From an uncultured Bacteroides sp. (lineage in GTDB: Bacteria > Bacteroidota > Bacteroidia > Bacteroidales > Bacteroidaceae): 64,000 nt of DNA. This document shows positions 60,558 to 64,000 of the stretch, piece by piece; within the stretch, counting starts at the first letter, position 1; each line of letters opens with the position of its first letter. The position numbers and the translations under genes were made by a program. Location: assembly GCA_905203765.1 (NCBI GenBank), contig CAJKXC010000001.1, positions 13,916-77,915 on the forward strand, given 5' to 3'. Below the pieces are notes generated by a model that worked only from the letters and a program-made list of their open reading frames with translations, made no database searches and had not been told where the DNA came from.

Positions 60558-63500
60558 TTAAAAGGTCAAATCCAATCCAAACATTACCGAGCGGGTATTA
60601 GGATAAGCAAAGCTGTCCGTACCACTGTTCCATACAGAATTTGCTCCCTTGAAGTCAGGATCCAGACCGGAATATCCGGTGATAGTAAGCAGGTTGCTGC
60701 CGGTAGCAAACAGACGAAGTTTCTCAATGCCCAGGTTAGTCACCCACTTCTGCTTGAAGTTATATCCGAGAGAGATATTCTTCATGCGGAAGTAAGAACC
60801 GTTCTCCAGGAAGCGGTCGGCATCGCGGGAGTTGCGGAAGTCACCGTAAATGATACGCGGAGTATTGGATTTTGGATTCACCTGATAAGGCTCTTCACCC
60901 TTCTTGAAGCGGATGTAGTTGGAGTTATCCGCAAACAGACGACCTTGCCACTGAGCTACATTGTAGATCTTGTTACCGAACTGTCCGTTCCACATCATGC
61001 TGAAGTCGAAGTTCTTCCATTCTGCATTCAGTACCAATGACATTTGCATCTTTGCCCACGGGCTACCACAAAAATCACGGTCGGCATCGGTAATTTCACC
61101 ATTGTCATCCAAGTCGAGGTACTTGACATCACCCAATTGCGGGCGCTTACCTTCGATCATAATCGGCTTGCCGGTAGATGTTACATAATTGTCAATCTGT
61201 TCTTGTGTCTTGAAGATACCGTCTGTCTTTCTCAGATAGAATTCAGCCAAAGATCTGCCCGGTTTTGTTCTTGCCTGACCTGAATCGATAAAGTCTCTTT
61301 CAGTGCCATCACGGCCCAAGCTCAATACTTCGTTGTCCATCGTAGTGATGTTCAGCAAAGCGCTGTACTTGAAGTCTGATATCTGGTCTTTCCAGCCGAG
61401 TGTAAACTCGAAACCTTTGTTGCGCAAGCTGGCAGCGTTCTTCCACGGAGAACCACCCTGGTTACCGGTAGAAATGGCAATCGGAGTTTCAGCCAATACG
61501 TCGCTGGTCTTTGAGTTGTAGTATTCTACACTGGCAGTGAGACGCTGGTCGAGGAAGCTGGCATCGAAGCCGATATTTATGGTTTCTTTAGTTTCCCATA
61601 CAAGACCTGTATTCACCAGTTTCACCTGGGTAGAACCCGGAACAACCGCTCCGCCGAATACAGTTACGATACTCTGGTTGATGGTTCCGATATAGTCCCA
61701 GTCACCGATAGAAGAGTTACCCAGACGTCCCCAGTTACCTCTAATCTTCAAGTCATTAATCCAAGGCACATTGAAGAATTCTTCGTTTGAAATTCTCCAG
61801 GCAGCAGATACGGACGGGAAGTTGCCCCAACGGTTTTCTTTAGCCAGGCGGGAAGTACCGTCACGACGGAAAGTAGCAGTCAGATAGTATTTATCATCAT
61901 AAATGTAGTTTGCACGTCCCAGGTAAGAGATCATCGCATTTTCGCTAATGCTGTTCGAGTTCTGCTGGTTGCTTTGTCCGGCATTCAGTACGGTCAGGTA
62001 ATCGCCGTTACCCAACATCGGGAAGTTCAGACGGGAAGCCCAAAGACCTTCCCATTCGTGGTGCTGGTAAGTGGTACCGACTACGGCATCCACATGATGC
62101 TTGCCAAAGTCTTTGTTGAAGTTCAACGTATGCTCAATCAGCATATTGTACGTATTGTCACGTGCCTTCTGGCTTTCCGGATCGCGGTGTTCCTGGTTCT
62201 GAGTCCAGTTACCTTCGCCACGGAACCAAGAGTTCTCATAGAAGTAAAGGTCTACACCACCATTGAACTTATAAGAAAGGAAATCGAAAGGTTTGAATTC
62301 CAACCACAAAGAACCATTCAGACGATTCTGACGGAAATGGCGGTATTCCAAATCTTCACGGGCAATCGGGTTCACACCGAATGTATTGTACTTGGCAGCA
62401 TCACCATAACCATATCCACCGGGGTTGTTCTCATCGTAAATAGGAATGGTAGGCATCATACGCAAGAAGTCGTTATACGTATTTGTCTGGTTAGGGTCAG
62501 TGTTTGTCAACGAATAAGCCAGATTCTCACCGAAAGAGAACCAGCCCTTCTTGCCTTGCGTATTAACGCGGAAGCTGTAACGGTCGAAGGTATTTCCATA
62601 AGATACACCATCGTTGTTGTAATAGCCGGCCGATACATAGTAGCTGCCTGCATCACCACCACCGGAGAGTGCTACGTTGTAATCCTGCACCAATGCAGTT
62701 TTCAAGATGGCATCTTGCCAGTTAGTGTCAAATTCAGAGTGCTTCTGAGTACTGTTCACGGTAGCAATACCGTCCTTGATGGCTTCGTTATAAGCAATAT
62801 CATTATACTTGATATACTCTTTCGCATTCATCAGGTCGTACTTCGGGCTCCATTCCAAGGTTTCTTTTACGCTTACATTTACCTTCATGGGGCCTTTGGC
62901 ACCTTTCTTGGTAGTAACGATAATCACACCGTTGGCAGCGCGGGAACCGTAGATGGCAGCAGCAGAAGCATCCTTCAAAATCTGGATAGACTCTGCATCC
63001 GCAGGGTTGAAGTCAACACCCGGATCGGTAATCATGCCATCGATAACCCACAACGGAGAGTTGTTGCTCAAAGAACCGACACCACGAATTTCGATAGAAG
63101 CATCTTCACCTGCACGGCCACTGCTGCGTACATTGACACCGGTTGCCAAACCTTGCATCTGGCTAACCAGCGTTCCGGCAGAGCTTTTCTTCATCTCCTT
63201 CGTATCTACCACGGCAACAGCTCCGGTCAAGTCTGATTTCTTCACAGTCTGATAACCGATTACAACCACTTCATCCAGCAGTTTCGTATCGTCCTGCATC
63301 ACGACGCGCATGGCAGTTCCTTTATAAACAACTTCCTGGGTAAGCATACCGATATAAGAAAAAACAAGCGTACTTCCTTTCTTTCCGCTCAGCGAGAAAT
63401 TACCGTCGAGATCGGTAATAACACCCGTAGTAGTACCTTTCACTACCACATTTACACCTGTCAAAGGTTCATTATTTGCATCTGTTACCGTACCCTTTAT

Positions 63501-63569
63501 AGTCACATCTTGTGAATAGGCGGTAGCTGCAAACACAACAAAGAATAAGAATAAGATTTTCTTGATCAT
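60558..63569 (-). CDS. susC: SusC/RagA-family TonB-dependent transporter
   Basis: LDEVVVIGY, KSDLTGAV, ILKDASAAAIYGSRAANGVIIVTTKKG, WET, GDVKY.D.D.NG.I, YPNTRS..FG..LTF. Confidence 0.97.
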   Translation of the reverse strand: MIKKILFLFFVVFAATAYSQDVTIKGTVTDANNEPLTGVNVVVKGTTTGVITDLDGNFSLSGKKGSTLVFSYIGMLTQEVVYKGTAMRVVMQDDTKLLDEVVVIGYQTVKKSDLTGAVAVVDTKEMKKSSAGTLVSQMQGLATGVNVRSSGRAGEDASIEIRGVGSLSNNSPLWVIDGMITDPGVDFNPADAESIQILKDASAAAIYGSRAANGVIIVTTKKGAKGPMKVNVSVKETLEWSPKYDLMNAKEYIKYNDIAYNEAIKDGIATVNSTQKHSEFDTNWQDAILKTALVQDYNVALSGGGDAGSYYVSAGYYNNDGVSYGNTFDRYSFRVNTQGKKGWFSFGENLAYSLTNTDPNQTNTYNDFLRMMPTIPIYDENNPGGYGYGDAAKYNTFGVNPIAREDLEYRHFRQNRLNGSLWLEFKPFDFLSYKFNGGVDLYFYENSWFRGEGNWTQNQEHRDPESQKARDNTYNMLIEHTLNFNKDFGKHHVDAVVGTTYQHHEWEGLWASRLNFPMLGNGDYLTVLNAGQSNQQNSNSISENAMISYLGRANYIYDDKYYLTATFRRDGTSRLAKENRWGNFPSVSAAWRISNEEFFNVPWINDLKIRGNWGRLGNSSIGDWDYIGTINQSIVTVFGGAVVPGSTQVKLVNTGLVWETKETINIGFDASFLDQRLTASVEYYNSKTSDVLAETPIAISTGNQGGSPWKNAASLRNKGFEFTLGWKDQISDFKYSALLNITTMDNEVLSLGRDGTERDFIDSGQARTKPGRSLAEFYLRKTDGIFKTQEQIDNYVTSTGKPIMIEGKRPQLGDVKYLDLDDNGEITDADRDFCGSPWAKMQMSLVLNAEWKNFDFSMMWNGQFGNKIYNVAQWQGRLFADNSNYIRFKKGEEPYQVNPKSNTPRIIYGDFRNSRDADRFLENGSYFRMKNISLGYNFKQKWVTNLGIEKLRLFATGSNLLTITGYSGLDPDFKGANSVWNSGTDSFAYPNTRSVMFGLDLTF

Positions 63570-63736
63570 TTTTTATAGAATTAGATTTTGAAACTATGCG
63601 GAAACTCAGGTCCGCTGTTGGCTACATTTTGTAATAAGGAACTTAGTCCCTCTTACCAAGCATAGAAGATTAATTAAGATTTTTACGTCATAGGCATCTC
63701 GTTCGTAGTATTACTAATGGGTTAACTTTTGTGCTG

Positions 63737-63796
63737 CAAATATATTCGCATGGAATAAAACAAGATGCAAGTATATCACCAATATATGCAATTATA
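63737..63796 (-). promoter_or_regulatory. susC promoter and putative HTCS operator
   Basis: Minus-strand TATATTTG at 63737-63744; direct repeats ATGCAAGTATA (63765) and ATGCAATTATA (63786), 21 bp apart. Confidence 0.7.
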
Positions 63797-63803
63797 AATT
63801 CAA

Positions 63804-63835
63804 AATCGCCCCTGGAACATATTCCAGAGGCGATT
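63804..63835 (-). terminator. Terminator of the upstream regulator gene
   Basis: AATCGCCCCTGGAA-CATA-TTCCAGAGGCGATT with a short T-run on the minus strand. Confidence 0.7.
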
Positions 63836-63871
63836 GGTTGGATTGTTCTATTTCGATGGATAATCGGTCTA

Positions 63872-64000
63872 TTATTTCACAAAGTCCTTAGGCAAGATTC
63901 CGAATTGCTTCTGGAAACACTTGGTAAAATAGGACGGTGTATTAAAGCCGGTCATATAGCAAACCTCATTAATTTTGCATTCTCCTTCCTTCAGAAGTTG
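63872..64000 (-). CDS. C-terminal AraC-type HTH of a probable hybrid two-component system, truncated by the window edge and absent from the ORF track
   Basis: Manual translation QLLKEGECKINEVCYMTGFNTPSYFTKCFQKQFGILPKDFVK*; sits directly upstream of susC. Confidence 0.88.
   Translation of the reverse strand, partial: QLLKEGECKINEVCYMTGFNTPSYFTKCFQKQFGILPKDFVK

Noticed and set aside
63570..63736. Antisense sRNA in the susC leader
   Set aside because: No exact plus-strand TAnnTTTG element seen, and such sRNAs are mainly described for ECF-sigma PULs.

Overview
A Bacteroides-type (Bacteroidales) chromosomal segment, judged from TAnnTTTG -7 promoter elements, a SusC/SusD pair and a hybrid two-component regulator tail. 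Bases 1-44.5 kb are mostly housekeeping and metabolic genes: GH3; uxuA with a mannonate oxidoreductase and AraC regulator; dapB-lepB-lepB-like-wbqC; Dus; M16 peptidase; SIS and PfkB; DEAD-box helicase; GH2; a dps-oxyR-ahpC-ahpF cluster; a TPR-LuxR regulator with an orphan OM beta-barrel; S46 peptidase; ruvB; an orphan histidine kinase; spmA/B; ybeY. An AT-rich C10 protease plus lipoprotein islet follows (44.7-46.9 kb). The rest is a minus-strand polysaccharide utilisation locus (HTCS tail, susC, susD, four GH43, GH78, an unassigned ~680-aa protein, galM). Main observations: (1) the second signal peptidase I paralogue has lost both catalytic residues (Ser->Gly, Lys->Ser); (2) a 247-bp MITE-like element with IS982-type terminal inverted repeats and a 6-bp target duplication carries a 22-bp palindromic tandem array; (3) three more intergenic arrays share the 22-bp period and palindromic design but have unrelated sequence; (4) the PUL encodes a candidate unclassified CAZyme and a GH43 with an inserted beta-sandwich. 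No rRNA, tRNA or CRISPR array was recognised. All family assignments come from motif reading; no searches were run.
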